A stretch of DNA of 64,000 bases from a virus (taxonomy: Duplodnaviria; Caudoviricetes), in IMG/VR virus record IMGVR_UViG_2924263452_000001, positions 32,001 to 96,000 of that record; one strand, written 5' to 3'. Shown piece after piece: positions 47,979 through 58,090 of this stretch. The first letter of the stretch is position 1; each line of letters starts with the position of its first letter. The translations under genes were made by a program, and so were the position numbers. The notes below the pieces were generated by a model, which did no database searches, was not told the origin of the DNA, and worked only from the letters and a program-made list of their open reading frames with translations.

Positions 47979-50603
47979 CTACTTTCTTCTAGTGATTGCT
48001 TTTCTCACAAGATCAATCGGAATAATTAAGAATGCCAGGGCTACCGTTACACCCCACTGTGTAAGTGTCATTGCTGTACATCCCATAATTTCCCCACCAA
48101 ACTGTGCAAGTAAAAATGTAATGACAAAAATCGCAATTGCTATCTCTACAAAAAGTTTGTTCTTGCCGATTCCTTTAAACAGGTTAAATCCATCTGTTCT
48201 GATATTGAAACCGTTGAATGTTGCCATCATCACAAGTAATGCAAATCTCGCTGTTGCATAAACTTCTTCGTTATTTCCAAATATATTCTGTATAGCTGGC
48301 AATAATGTGAGTCCAAAAATTCCTATAAATGCCATAACTGATACCGCAATCTGACTAACAGTTTCTTTTGATAACAGTTTTGATCCTTTTGGAATAGGCT
48401 TTTCTTTCATATACTCTTCTTTTGCTGGTTCTCCACCAAAGGAAAGAGAATTAAGAGAATCCATAACGATGTTAATTACAAGAATCTGCACTGCTGCAAC
48501 TGCTTCTACAGCCATAATAATCGGATATAAAATACTGAGAATTACCAGACCTACATTGATAGGTAACTGGAATTTCAGGAACTTCATAACATTGTGCATG
48601 AATGTTCTTCCAAGAAGAACTGCATCCGTAATTGACACAAAATTATCATCTGTAATAATAATGTCCCCGGCTTCTTTGCATACATCTGTTCCAGATCCCA
48701 TTGAAAAGCCAACGTCCGCAGCTTTTAAAGCTGGTGCATCGTTTGTGCCATCACCAGTCATACCAACACAAAGTCCAAGTTCCTGTGCCAGTCGCACAAT
48801 TCTCAGCTTTGTATTCGGTGTAGCTCTTGCGATAACCTTGATATGTGGCAATTTTTCTTTTGCTTCTTCGTCGGATAATGCATCAAAATCAATAGCTGAC
48901 ATCGCAATATCTGTGTCATCTTTGATAAGCCCGGCATCTTTCGAAATAGCTTTTGCTGTGTCAATGACATCGCCAGTTACCATCATAACCTGAACACCTG
49001 CATCATGCATTCTTTCAACTGCTTCTGGTACTTCTGGACGTACATCATCACGAATAGCAACCAATGAAGTAATGATAAGATCATCAGGTAAACCATTTTC
49101 CGGCAATGCTGATCTACTATAGCCTGTTGCAATTACTCGCATTGCTTTTACCGTGTATGATTTTACAATATCTTTTAATTTATTTCTTTCAACTGTATGT
49201 GTGCCATTTTCATCTTCATATGAAACGGCTACATCAATCAAACGCTCTGGTGCGCCTTTATAGTATGTGATTTTTCCGTCTTTTCCATCAGTTTCAACTG
49301 CACTGAATTTATTTGCACTGTTAAAGCTCTTTGCATTCGTTACCTTTACAGAATCAGTGATTGTTTTATATTCATCACTATCAATCATAGTAAGTAATGC
49401 TCTTTCTGTTGCATTTCCACCTACAATGTTTTTATTCTCGTCATACATAGCACTGCTATTTAACGCTACATTCAACTTGAATAAGCTATCCACCATTGTT
49501 CCACTTGTAACTTTTTCTCTATTACACATTACATTTTCAACTGGAACAAGTTTTCCGACTGTAAGTGTTCCTGTCTTATCAGTACAAAGCAACTGAATAT
49601 TTCCCGCTTCCGGAATTTTATTCGTATGTTTTGCCAGGACATTGTGCTTAATCATAATCTTCGCATTCTGTGCTGTTATAAGATTAATGATAAGTGGTAA
49701 ACCTTCCGGCACTGCTGCAACAATAATGGTAAGTGCGGTTACTGCAATAGTAAGAATATTCTTCAGAACTCCAATCCAACCAATTCCAAAATATTCTGCA
49801 ACGCCACCATATTGAATGATGTTTGTGATGATTAACGCTACTACAATAATTGAAGCTCCAATATACCCGAATTTGCTAATCTGTTTAGCAAGATCCTCTA
49901 ACTGGATTTCCAACGATGTTTTTGTTTCTTCAATTTCATCAATAGTTGAGATTGTTTGACCGTTTACCGTATTAACTCCAACATTGGTTACAATCATTTT
50001 TCCCTCACCGTCAACCACTGTTGTTCCGGAGAATAATGCATAATAATTTACATAATCATCTGAATTTGCTTTTCTTTTTCCACCGATTTCGATATGTGGA
50101 TTTCCTTTATTCCAGGCACTTTTTTTACATGGCTCAGATTCTCCATTTAAAACAGAATTATCTACTTTTAAATTTCCTTCAACAAGATATCCGTCTGCAT
50201 AAATAGCCTCACCTGATTGAACAATAACCAAATCTCCAACAACAAGATCATCCGTGTTAATATGTTCTATCTTTCCATCCCTAACCACATTGCAATAATG
50301 AACCGATGTCCTATCCCTTAATTCTTTCTCACTTTTCTGGCTTTTTAATCCTATATTCATTCCAAGAAGCGCAATAGCAAGTAATACTACTGCAACGCCA
50401 ATCGGTTCTGAATAAGAACCCTGTCCAAACACTGCAATAACTGTGAACACAATCATCATGGCTAAAAGAATCTGGTTTATGTGATCCTTAAATGTTTCCA
50501 TGAAGAACTGCAGTCCAGTTTTCATTTTTTTCTCTGGTAACTTGTTTGTCCCAAATTTTTCTCGGTTTTCAACCACCTGTCTACTTGTTAGTCCTTTTTC
50601 CAT
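47979..50603 (-). CDS. P-type II (Ca2+-type) cation-transporting ATPase
   Basis: NGES, PEGLP, DKTGTLT, KGAPE, GDGTNDAPAL. Confidence 0.92.
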   Translation of the reverse strand: MEKGLTSRQVVENREKFGTNKLPEKKMKTGLQFFMETFKDHINQILLAMMIVFTVIAVFGQGSYSEPIGVAVVLLAIALLGMNIGLKSQKSEKELRDRTSVHYCNVVRDGKIEHINTDDLVVGDLVIVQSGEAIYADGYLVEGNLKVDNSVLNGESEPCKKSAWNKGNPHIEIGGKRKANSDDYVNYYALFSGTTVVDGEGKMIVTNVGVNTVNGQTISTIDEIEETKTSLEIQLEDLAKQISKFGYIGASIIVVALIITNIIQYGGVAEYFGIGWIGVLKNILTIAVTALTIIVAAVPEGLPLIINLITAQNAKIMIKHNVLAKHTNKIPEAGNIQLLCTDKTGTLTVGKLVPVENVMCNREKVTSGTMVDSLFKLNVALNSSAMYDENKNIVGGNATERALLTMIDSDEYKTITDSVKVTNAKSFNSANKFSAVETDGKDGKITYYKGAPERLIDVAVSYEDENGTHTVERNKLKDIVKSYTVKAMRVIATGYSRSALPENGLPDDLIITSLVAIRDDVRPEVPEAVERMHDAGVQVMMVTGDVIDTAKAISKDAGLIKDDTDIAMSAIDFDALSDEEAKEKLPHIKVIARATPNTKLRIVRLAQELGLCVGMTGDGTNDAPALKAADVGFSMGSGTDVCKEAGDIIITDDNFVSITDAVLLGRTFMHNVMKFLKFQLPINVGLVILSILYPIIMAVEAVAAVQILVINIVMDSLNSLSFGGEPAKEEYMKEKPIPKGSKLLSKETVSQIAVSVMAFIGIFGLTLLPAIQNIFGNNEEVYATARFALLVMMATFNGFNIRTDGFNLFKGIGKNKLFVEIAIAIFVITFLLAQFGGEIMGCTAMTLTQWGVTVALAFLIIPIDLVRKAITRRK

Positions 50604-50917
50604 CCTGTTTCCTTTCTTTTATTTTGTTTATCTTTATCTATATCAACAGTACAGGTTTTTATACCTGTACTGGAAATAACAACAACACACTCTCTAAGTA
50701 TGTGTTCTTTTATAGGAAATGTACACGAAATATCAATATGCCATTTATCATAAATAACATACCAGTTGAATTTTACATTCCACCACTTTATTGATAATAT
50801 ATATGTTCCTGATTGAAAATAATTTCCTGAACTTCCAAACGGTTCAAAAAATCTAAAATAATCTCTCCCATATATAAAACCAAATACAATTATTAAACAA
50901 ATTATTATTTTTACCAC
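50588..50917 (-). CDS. Hypothetical membrane protein
   Basis: N-terminal hydrophobic segment. Confidence 0.45.
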   Translation of the reverse strand: MVKIIICLIIVFGFIYGRDYFRFFEPFGSSGNYFQSGTYILSIKWWNVKFNWYVIYDKWHIDISCTFPIKEHILRECVVVISSTGIKTCTVDIDKDKQNKRKETGWKKD

Positions 50918-50924
50918 CTTCTAT

Positions 50925-50953
50925 ATAATATCACCATTTCTTTTGTATGTCAA
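50925..50953 (-). promoter_or_regulatory. SigA-type promoter of the ATPase-TerD operon
   Basis: TTGACA-17bp-TATTAT with extended -10 TG. Confidence 0.7.
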
Positions 50954-50977
50954 CTATTATTTCTTTTATCTTATTGA

Positions 50978-51646
50978 TTATTTTTTATACCTGGTATCTT
51001 TTTTGTCTCTTGATTTTAAAATAACGCTGCGATATTTCTCATAGCTTTTTATGGACACATATTTTCCATTTATTACGTCGAAGCACTGTTCCCCTCTTGC
51101 CATTTCATATGCATTTGCTGTAATTACAATGTATACTTCCTTATCCTTATGAATATCCAGAATCAATTTAAAAAGTTCATCTTTCAATTCAACAACATTG
51201 TCAATACTAAACCCACTGTCTACTGCATCAGCAAAAATCCAATATTCGTTGTCATTCGGATTATTTCGGAACATTGATCCAATCATTTTCGCAAAGTTCC
51301 CCATATTTAATGCTATGTTCTCTCCCTCACTGGAACACATACTCGTTGCAAGAAATGTAATATCTCCGTAAAATTCGGCTTTGCTTCTTGCATTGCTGCC
51401 ATCATTCTTTAGATTGTCAAACATTACACACGGGATATTTTCTTTTTGTACAATTCCGTATAACTGTTTCAATAGTGTTGACTTACCAGCACCATTGCAA
51501 CCAACCAAAACCGTAACACCAGGAACAAGTTCTATCGTGGCTTTATTATACATTTTGATACCTTCACCATAGGCATCATTATCAATTTTGAATTTCCGTC
51601 CCATAGTTTTTCTACTCTCCATAAACTTGTACTGTACCATCAGCAT
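50978..51646 (-). CDS. ABC-class ATPase (start probably MGRKF)
   Basis: GCNGAGKST, SEGE signature, FADAVDSG. Confidence 0.7.
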   Translation of the reverse strand: MLMVQYKFMESRKTMGRKFKIDNDAYGEGIKMYNKATIELVPGVTVLVGCNGAGKSTLLKQLYGIVQKENIPCVMFDNLKNDGSNARSKAEFYGDITFLATSMCSSEGENIALNMGNFAKMIGSMFRNNPNDNEYWIFADAVDSGFSIDNVVELKDELFKLILDIHKDKEVYIVITANAYEMARGEQCFDVINGKYVSIKSYEKYRSVILKSRDKKDTRYKK

Positions 51647-51914
51647 TATATAATGGTGTTATACCAAATTTATAACCAGATTTGGCGATAAAATATTTCA
51701 CTTTGGTATCTTTCGCATACACAATCCTATAAATTGCTCCTGAATCATCCCACTCTGTTATAAGTGTAAAATAGTTTCCACAAAGGCTATACTCTGTATT
51801 ATCCTTTTGCCCAGTTACTTCTTGATATGTTTTTCCACATGCCGTACATGTAGTACATAGAATGAATATAATAGCTGCAAAACAAGCAACTTTGTTAATA
51901 ATTTTCTTTCTCAT
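51612..51914 (-). CDS. Small lipoprotein
   Basis: CTAC lipobox; YAKDTKVKY...GITPLYNADG. Confidence 0.6.
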   Translation of the reverse strand: MRKKIINKVACFAAIIFILCTTCTACGKTYQEVTGQKDNTEYSLCGNYFTLITEWDDSGAIYRIVYAKDTKVKYFIAKSGYKFGITPLYNADGTVQVYGE

Positions 51915-52220
51915 TTATTTACCTCTACTTTTTATTGGTGTTCTTACCAGTGGCGAAGCTGTTGTATAATCACCATTCTCTTTTATGAGAGTCAACTGGC
52001 ATCCACCCATTACTTCATAAGTAATTCCCTTTTTGTTATCAAGAAAAGCAAGTGCTTCATCTGCATCTTTAAAAACTTCCGGATAAATAGTTCCGTATGG
52101 ATATGAAACCCACTGGTATATATCATGTCCATCAAAATGTCCACTGCCACTTCCACATAACATAAATGTGTTCACATGTTTTCCGGATTCAGCAGAAAAT
52201 ATTTTTACAATTCGTTTCAT
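51915..52220 (-). CDS. Hypothetical protein
   Basis: Operon context. Confidence 0.5.
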   Translation of the reverse strand: MKRIVKIFSAESGKHVNTFMLCGSGSGHFDGHDIYQWVSYPYGTIYPEVFKDADEALAFLDNKKGITYEVMGGCQLTLIKENGDYTTASPLVRTPIKSRGK

Positions 52221-52239
52221 GTTTATTTAATTCGCCTTT

Positions 52240-52473
52240 CTAAAATAAATTTCCTTGACTGTCTACCAGTCCTTCATATCCGCACCATTTACATCTGCAA
52301 TGCAATGACGCTCCATCAAAACCAGTTGTTTCATAATCTTTCATGTGACAATGCCAGCCTCTCTTGCAATAAATCTTTTGTAACGGTTTTACATGATTTG
52401 CTATGGCATATCCAATCCCGTCAAGAATAATAAGTGACATTAAAATTACACCTACAAATAAACCAATACTCAC
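52240..52473 (-). CDS. Small membrane protein with Cys/His motif
   Basis: TM segment and C..GWH...CKWC. Confidence 0.5.
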   Translation of the reverse strand: MSIGLFVGVILMSLIILDGIGYAIANHVKPLQKIYCKRGWHCHMKDYETTGFDGASLHCRCKWCGYEGLVDSQGNLF

Positions 52474-52475
52474 AA

Positions 52476-52922
52476 TTACGCCAACCTCCTCTCTAAGATT
52501 TGATTTACCAATTTTCCATCTGCTTTACCCTTAACCTGTGGCATGAGAACTTTCATGATCTTTCCTTTTTCTTTTTTGGTTGGACTATCTAATTCCAGAT
52601 CCTTCAGTACATCAGAAATAACCTTTTCAATTTCTGCTTCATTCATCATCTGCGGCGCGAATTGCTGCAGAACTGCCAGGCGGTTATTACACTGTTGAAT
52701 AATGTCCGTTCTGTCTGCCGGTGTCATTTCCAGTGTTTCTTTTGTCTGTTTGATCTCTTTCTGTACTACTGCATCCTCTTCTTCTGGTGATAAAACTCGC
52801 ATTTTATCAATTTCTGCATTCTTCAAAGCCGCCAAGAGTAGAGCCAATGTATCTTTCTTCTCCTTATCTTTTTCTTTCATGGATTTAACCATTTCGTTTC
52901 TTACTAATTCCTGTTTACTCAT
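52476..52922 (-). CDS. yqeY: GatB/YqeY domain protein
   Basis: MKEKDK...LKNAEID...GKIMK..KGKADGKLV. Confidence 0.85.
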   Translation of the reverse strand: MSKQELVRNEMVKSMKEKDKEKKDTLALLLAALKNAEIDKMRVLSPEEEDAVVQKEIKQTKETLEMTPADRTDIIQQCNNRLAVLQQFAPQMMNEAEIEKVISDVLKDLELDSPTKKEKGKIMKVLMPQVKGKADGKLVNQILERRLA

Positions 52923-52952
52923 TCTTGTTTTCTCCTTTATATAATATTTTTA

Positions 52953-55655
52953 TTATGCCATTTGTAATTTAGGTATTCTATCAACATCTCTGTTTGAAAA
53001 CACTTCTATAAAATTCCCTTTTATATTAATACAACGTTCCCCAAGCTTTCCAATATGTTCAATATCACTAAGCTTACGAAACCTATTTTTCCCAATCCTT
53101 ACTGTATATTTATAATAAATTTTGCTTAAATTAGCACAGGTCATATTCTCTTGTTTTAAAATATCCTGATATATCTCATTTGGAACTACTGCCACATTTA
53201 TTTTTTTATATTCAATATTTCGTACACATTTATTTTCTTTTAACAATTCTCCACTTTCACAATAACTATATATATGAACTTCATCATTGAGTGGATTTAT
53301 TGTACCTATGCTCGCCTTATACCCATCAATGTCATTTTGAGCTATTAAATTGACACTGATATTATCCCACACATTATTCATATAATCTGCATTTTTGTAT
53401 GGTATTTTTAACTGACCATTATTTCTATCAAGTAGATTATATGTGTTTTCCAATAAGCTTTCGTCATATATTTTATAAGAAAATGATTCCGGAACTGTAA
53501 CATACAAATAAACATCTTCATTATTAGAATGCTCTCTTATAGTTCCCAAGTCGTCGTGTCTACGTAATCTTCCGATAAACTGTATTAAACTTCCAATCGG
53601 ACACAAACTGGAAATCCCATAGTCAAAATCAATATCAAGCGACTGCTCTATTATAGAAGTTGCAATCACTATACATCTTTTTCCTCTATGCTCTCTATTC
53701 TTTCCGAATTTCTTCAAAAGTTGCTGCGAAATACTGTCCTTTTGTTCTTGTGTCATTTCACTATGAAATTTTATAATTTCTGCATCTGGTATTTTATCAA
53801 TCAACAAATCATATAATTCATCAACCTCTCTTATTAAATTCCTTTTTATACATATACACGAACCATTGCCAATTAAACTTTTGGCTAATTCAACGATTTT
53901 ATCATAATCATTGTCAATATGCCTCTGTTCATATAATGTAATTCTCTTATTTCCTTCTTCAAATACTTTTTCCTGAATAAGTTTTCCTTCTCTGTCTATG
54001 ATTGAAATTAACGGATATGCAGTTGATATTTCGTTGTACTCACCATATACTCCCAGTAGTTCTTTCTTCATTCTTACTGGTAATGTTGCAGATAACATAA
54101 CAACTCTAATCCCAAATATCTTGCACATCTCTAAAAATCTTTTTATTACTTCTAACTGAAAATAATCTATGTCGTGAATTTCATCTATAATAACCGTTTT
54201 GTTTAGCAATCCCATAAATTCCAAACCATAATACGGAATCTTTCTCACAGACATTAAAATTTGATCTATTGTTCCCACTACATAAGGGTACATCAATTTA
54301 AGTCTTTCATCTGAAAGAATATACGATCTATCTAACACGTTATCCTCGTTGAAGTACGAAGTTCCAGTATATAATAATGCTTTTTCATTTATATTGCACT
54401 CTTTAAGAATGTCCCTAACTCTCCCCAACAATCCTTGCGCTGTACAAGTTGTTGGAGTGGCAAAATAAACACCGCCAGGGGATCTTGATAGTGCAGCATA
54501 TATAGCCGCCTCTGTTTTTCCTCCACCACAAGCATCCTCAATAAGAATCAGCGAATAATCGTTTCTATCACAATATCCGCAAATAACATTCTGAATATTA
54601 TTGGGACACTTAAATTTCCCAAAAATATTATGATATAATGAGTCTTTTTGTTCATAAGACATTGAAAAGTTGCTTATATACTGTTCCTTACATCTCTCAG
54701 ATATATTATCATATAAATATTTCATATATTCAGAATCTTCTTTAAAATCAAGACTCGTTTTTAATCCAATCGTCATTTGCCCTGAAGCCAACCAATCAGC
54801 AAAAACAACTATACTTGTTATTATTAAAGAAACTAGATCAATAATCTCATTTCCGTCTACATCACTGTATAATTTCATATTTGTATTTTCTCCATTATGA
54901 TACGGAAATAGTTTACAAATATATTTATACATACTTTTAATATCGTCCGGGATTTCGCAACAACTCAAAAAATCTCGCGTTTCTGATCTTCCCACTTTAT
55001 TTTGATGGTGGCACGAAATAATCTTTTTGGCAATCCCTATATTATATCTATCTAAAATCCCATCCTTTTTTAAGAGCTGCTCCAAAATGATTTCAGAGTA
55101 TACTTCATGCCGGAATTTTTTACAATCTCTTTCTGTTGGATTTTTCCAAAATTCATCGTGCATTTTTCCTATATCATGAATCGCCGCTAAAAAGATGACA
55201 AATCTTTTTACATCGTTTGTATCTGACTCCGTTAATTCAGATATTCTTTTAATAGTATTCCTGAATATTGTATTACACAAATATTTTGCTATTACACCAG
55301 ATTCTATTAAATGAATGTGTAAATATTTATCTGGTTTTGCATAATAGTTCATCCAGTTCGTTATTTCTTTTTCGTAATTTTTTGTAATCAAATTTATTCC
55401 TTCAAAATCATTAAGTTTATATCTTGTTTCTCTAATTGTCTTTATAGAGAATTTTTGCTCTGCTTTATCACTGTAAATAAGTGTGGCAGAAATTTCTATA
55501 TTTTCTTTAGATTCGTTTTCTAGCATATTCCATATGTATTCTCTTGTATTCGCAGGACAAGTTGACAAAAATACATATGGCTTTATTTCATAACAAAATC
55601 TAGTTAATTCACCTCTGATTTTATCTGGAATATTTTCACATATAATCAAAAACAT
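52953..55655 (-). CDS. cas3: Cas2 (type I-E)-Cas3 fusion: Cas2 + HD nuclease + SF2 helicase
   Basis: aa 1-90 ENIPDKIRGELTRF..EIKPYVF...REYIW...DFEGINLI match I-E Cas2; HDIGK, RHE, CHH, ADWLAS; GGGKTEAA, DEIH, LSAT, EQSLDIDFD, GRLRRH. Confidence 0.88.
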   Translation of the reverse strand: MFLIICENIPDKIRGELTRFCYEIKPYVFLSTCPANTREYIWNMLENESKENIEISATLIYSDKAEQKFSIKTIRETRYKLNDFEGINLITKNYEKEITNWMNYYAKPDKYLHIHLIESGVIAKYLCNTIFRNTIKRISELTESDTNDVKRFVIFLAAIHDIGKMHDEFWKNPTERDCKKFRHEVYSEIILEQLLKKDGILDRYNIGIAKKIISCHHQNKVGRSETRDFLSCCEIPDDIKSMYKYICKLFPYHNGENTNMKLYSDVDGNEIIDLVSLIITSIVVFADWLASGQMTIGLKTSLDFKEDSEYMKYLYDNISERCKEQYISNFSMSYEQKDSLYHNIFGKFKCPNNIQNVICGYCDRNDYSLILIEDACGGGKTEAAIYAALSRSPGGVYFATPTTCTAQGLLGRVRDILKECNINEKALLYTGTSYFNEDNVLDRSYILSDERLKLMYPYVVGTIDQILMSVRKIPYYGLEFMGLLNKTVIIDEIHDIDYFQLEVIKRFLEMCKIFGIRVVMLSATLPVRMKKELLGVYGEYNEISTAYPLISIIDREGKLIQEKVFEEGNKRITLYEQRHIDNDYDKIVELAKSLIGNGSCICIKRNLIREVDELYDLLIDKIPDAEIIKFHSEMTQEQKDSISQQLLKKFGKNREHRGKRCIVIATSIIEQSLDIDFDYGISSLCPIGSLIQFIGRLRRHDDLGTIREHSNNEDVYLYVTVPESFSYKIYDESLLENTYNLLDRNNGQLKIPYKNADYMNNVWDNISVNLIAQNDIDGYKASIGTINPLNDEVHIYSYCESGELLKENKCVRNIEYKKINVAVVPNEIYQDILKQENMTCANLSKIYYKYTVRIGKNRFRKLSDIEHIGKLGERCINIKGNFIEVFSNRDVDRIPKLQMA

Positions 55656-55678
55656 TTTACATTTTCCTTAACCTAAAA

Positions 55679-56937
55679 TATAATACCTTCTCTATATAAG
55701 AAGAAATACAGACGGGTTTTCCACTACCATTTGCATTTTTAGAACCACCTTCTCATGCAGAGAAGAAACCTTACAAAAGGATATGCTCAGTGTTACAATA
55801 CAGGAATTACCTTCTCATATAGAGAAGAAGCATCGAACATATGTATCTATGTGACAAACACGAAGAATTACCTTCTCGTATAGAGAAGAAACTTCTGTTT
55901 ATCTGTATTTATGCTCGAACATTTAGAATAACCTTCTCATGTAGAGAAGAAACATCGGTGCTGCCAATCAAGAGCAATCAACCGCTCAGAATAACCTTCT
56001 CATATAGAGAAGAAATTGAAATCCCCATTTCGAGGCAACAAATAGATTTAGAGTTACCTTCTCATATAGAGAAGAAATAAAGAAGCTATAAAAAAGCCAA
56101 GCGAGGACACAGAGTTACCTTCTCATATAGAGAAGAAATTTTTGATATGGATTCCGGCAGCAGTCGCGCCATAGAGTTACCTTCTCATATAGAGAAGAAG
56201 CCCTGACAAGTCCTTATGATACGATACACTATGAGAATTACCTTCTCATACAGAGAAGAAATGTCTGCACAACTGCATCGTGATCTGACTCTTTAGAATT
56301 ACCTTCTCATATAGAGAAGAAATTAAAAGCTTACTTTCCCACTTCTTTCTGCGGTGAGAACTACCTTCTCATATAGAGAAGAAACAGAGGGATAATTGGA
56401 GGATCAGATTCTTTTTCGGAATTACCTTCTCATATAGAGAAGAAACACAAAAACTTGCGGGCTATCTCTTGATGCGTGGGGAATGACCTTCTCATGTAGA
56501 GAAGAAACTGTGCCACGCACCGGAAGCTCTCCATATTCAAGAATCACCTTCTCATATAGAGAAGAAACAGCGGCTAGCACTGTAAGAAATGGCTTGTCTT
56601 TAGAACTACCTTCTCATATAGAGAAGAAACCGGCAATATTCACCTTTATGGCACACCTGCAAGAGAATAACCTTCTCATGTAAAGAAGAAACGTACTCAG
56701 ATTTTCTTGAAAGTTCTCTCCTGGAGAATAACCTTCTCATGTAGAGAAGAAACTTGATCCATTTGAGATCTTTTCCCTCGCAATTAGAATAACCTTCTCA
56801 TATAGAGAAGAAACTGATAAGAATTTTTATGTCTATTGATTGCCTCAGAATAACCTTCTCATGTAGAGAAGAAACATGTTCCGCGGTTGCAAATGCTGAT
56901 CTGATCTGAGAATAACCTTCTCATGTAGAGAAGAAAC
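55679..56937 (-). CRISPR. Type I-E CRISPR array, 21 repeats (one degenerate) and 20 spacers of 31-34 nt
   Basis: 29-nt repeat GTTTCTTCTCTACATGAGAAGGTTATTCT (minus strand): CTTCTC/GAGAAG stem and 8-nt handle; period 60-63 nt. Confidence 0.97.
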
Positions 56938-56945
56938 TCCATAGT

Positions 56946-57545
56946 TTATAAGATTACAAACGGTAACATAAGCCCACTTCCATATGATTTTTGCTGCCCG
57001 ATTCCATTTTTGCAAGCTTCAATGAATTTGTCACGATCATCTATTCTTACACGTAAAATGAATGTCGATATTCCTAATTCTCTGCTCTTCACACCGTCCT
57101 TTGCAATATAGCACGATGTTTGGATTTCTTTATAAATTTTTTTCACCGTTGCACCGGATTCCAACATCTTTCTTATAACCCAATTTTCTTTTTCATATGA
57201 ATCAGTAATGAGCATTTTTCTACTACTATTTTTTTCTTTTGACTTTATAACGTCAGTTTTTACTGGGTTCACATGAATCTCAATATCAATTTCGTCATCT
57301 TCTATACATTCATCATAATTGATTTCTTCAGAATGAACCACAGAAAATCCTGTACATGCTTCAACATTTGGTTTATTTATAGACTGTAGAAAAATCACCT
57401 GATCTTTTTCATCGTTATAAAATAACACGCCTTCTTCTTTTCTATTTGATTTAAACATCCGCATAATTGTCTTATGCATCTTATCAAAATCATGCAACTC
57501 CATTCGCATTTTTTTTATGTCATATTTTAAAATATATAAATACAT
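56946..57545 (-). CDS. cas6e: Cas6e (Cse3); start MYLY at 57545
   Basis: MYL...H..IM, LQS, NPVK, G-rich loop GIGQQKSYGSGL. Confidence 0.88.
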   Translation of the reverse strand: MYLYILKYDIKKMRMELHDFDKMHKTIMRMFKSNRKEEGVLFYNDEKDQVIFLQSINKPNVEACTGFSVVHSEEINYDECIEDDEIDIEIHVNPVKTDVIKSKEKNSSRKMLITDSYEKENWVIRKMLESGATVKKIYKEIQTSCYIAKDGVKSRELGISTFILRVRIDDRDKFIEACKNGIGQQKSYGSGLMLPFVIL

Positions 57546-57550
57546 AGCAT

Positions 57551-58090
57551 CTAACCTCTGCAATTCCTATACGAACACCTTTTTGTTATTTTGTACATCT
57601 TACTTACATCAACTCTTTCTACTCCTTTGAAAACATTCCCTGCCGGATATTCCTTTCGACCAAGGTATAAATCTCTCTTCGGATGTTCAAGACAATAACC
57701 AATTCCTTTTGTAATATAATCATCATAAAGTCTAAAATACAAAACGAATTTCTTATCTACTATGGCTTCTTTTCTTACGATAGAAAGCCCTTTAGGATCT
57801 ATTTTCCCATTTCCACACATATGCTTATCCATGTTCGATTTATGAAAATCTTCCATGATTGAACATGCTCCACTCATATCTGACTGTTCTGTATCTAAAT
57901 ATAGTTCAATATTATCTTCGATATAATCAATAAGTGGATTTTTATAAGTTAGATTTAGTGCGTTTTCAATTAATCCTCCAACTCCTGATAAGGTTGGTAT
58001 GTATGATGTTCTTTTAAATATAGGTGTACTTGCAGTACCCCACGATTGAAGTGGGGCAGCAAATACTAATTTTCCGTATAACTTTTCCAT
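57551..58090 (-). CDS. cas5e: Cas5e (CasD), compact
   Basis: APLQSWG...RT..PTLSGVGGL...LYLGRK. Confidence 0.88.
   Translation of the reverse strand: MEKLYGKLVFAAPLQSWGTASTPIFKRTSYIPTLSGVGGLIENALNLTYKNPLIDYIEDNIELYLDTEQSDMSGACSIMEDFHKSNMDKHMCGNGKIDPKGLSIVRKEAIVDKKFVLYFRLYDDYITKGIGYCLEHPKRDLYLGRKEYPAGNVFKGVERVDVSKMYKITKRCSYRNCRG

Noticed and set aside
55832-55863. LexA-box-like CGAACATATGTAT in a spacer
   Set aside because: One half-site is imperfect and there is no supporting context.
55841-56683. ORFs inside the CRISPR array
   Set aside because: They are translations of repeats and spacers.
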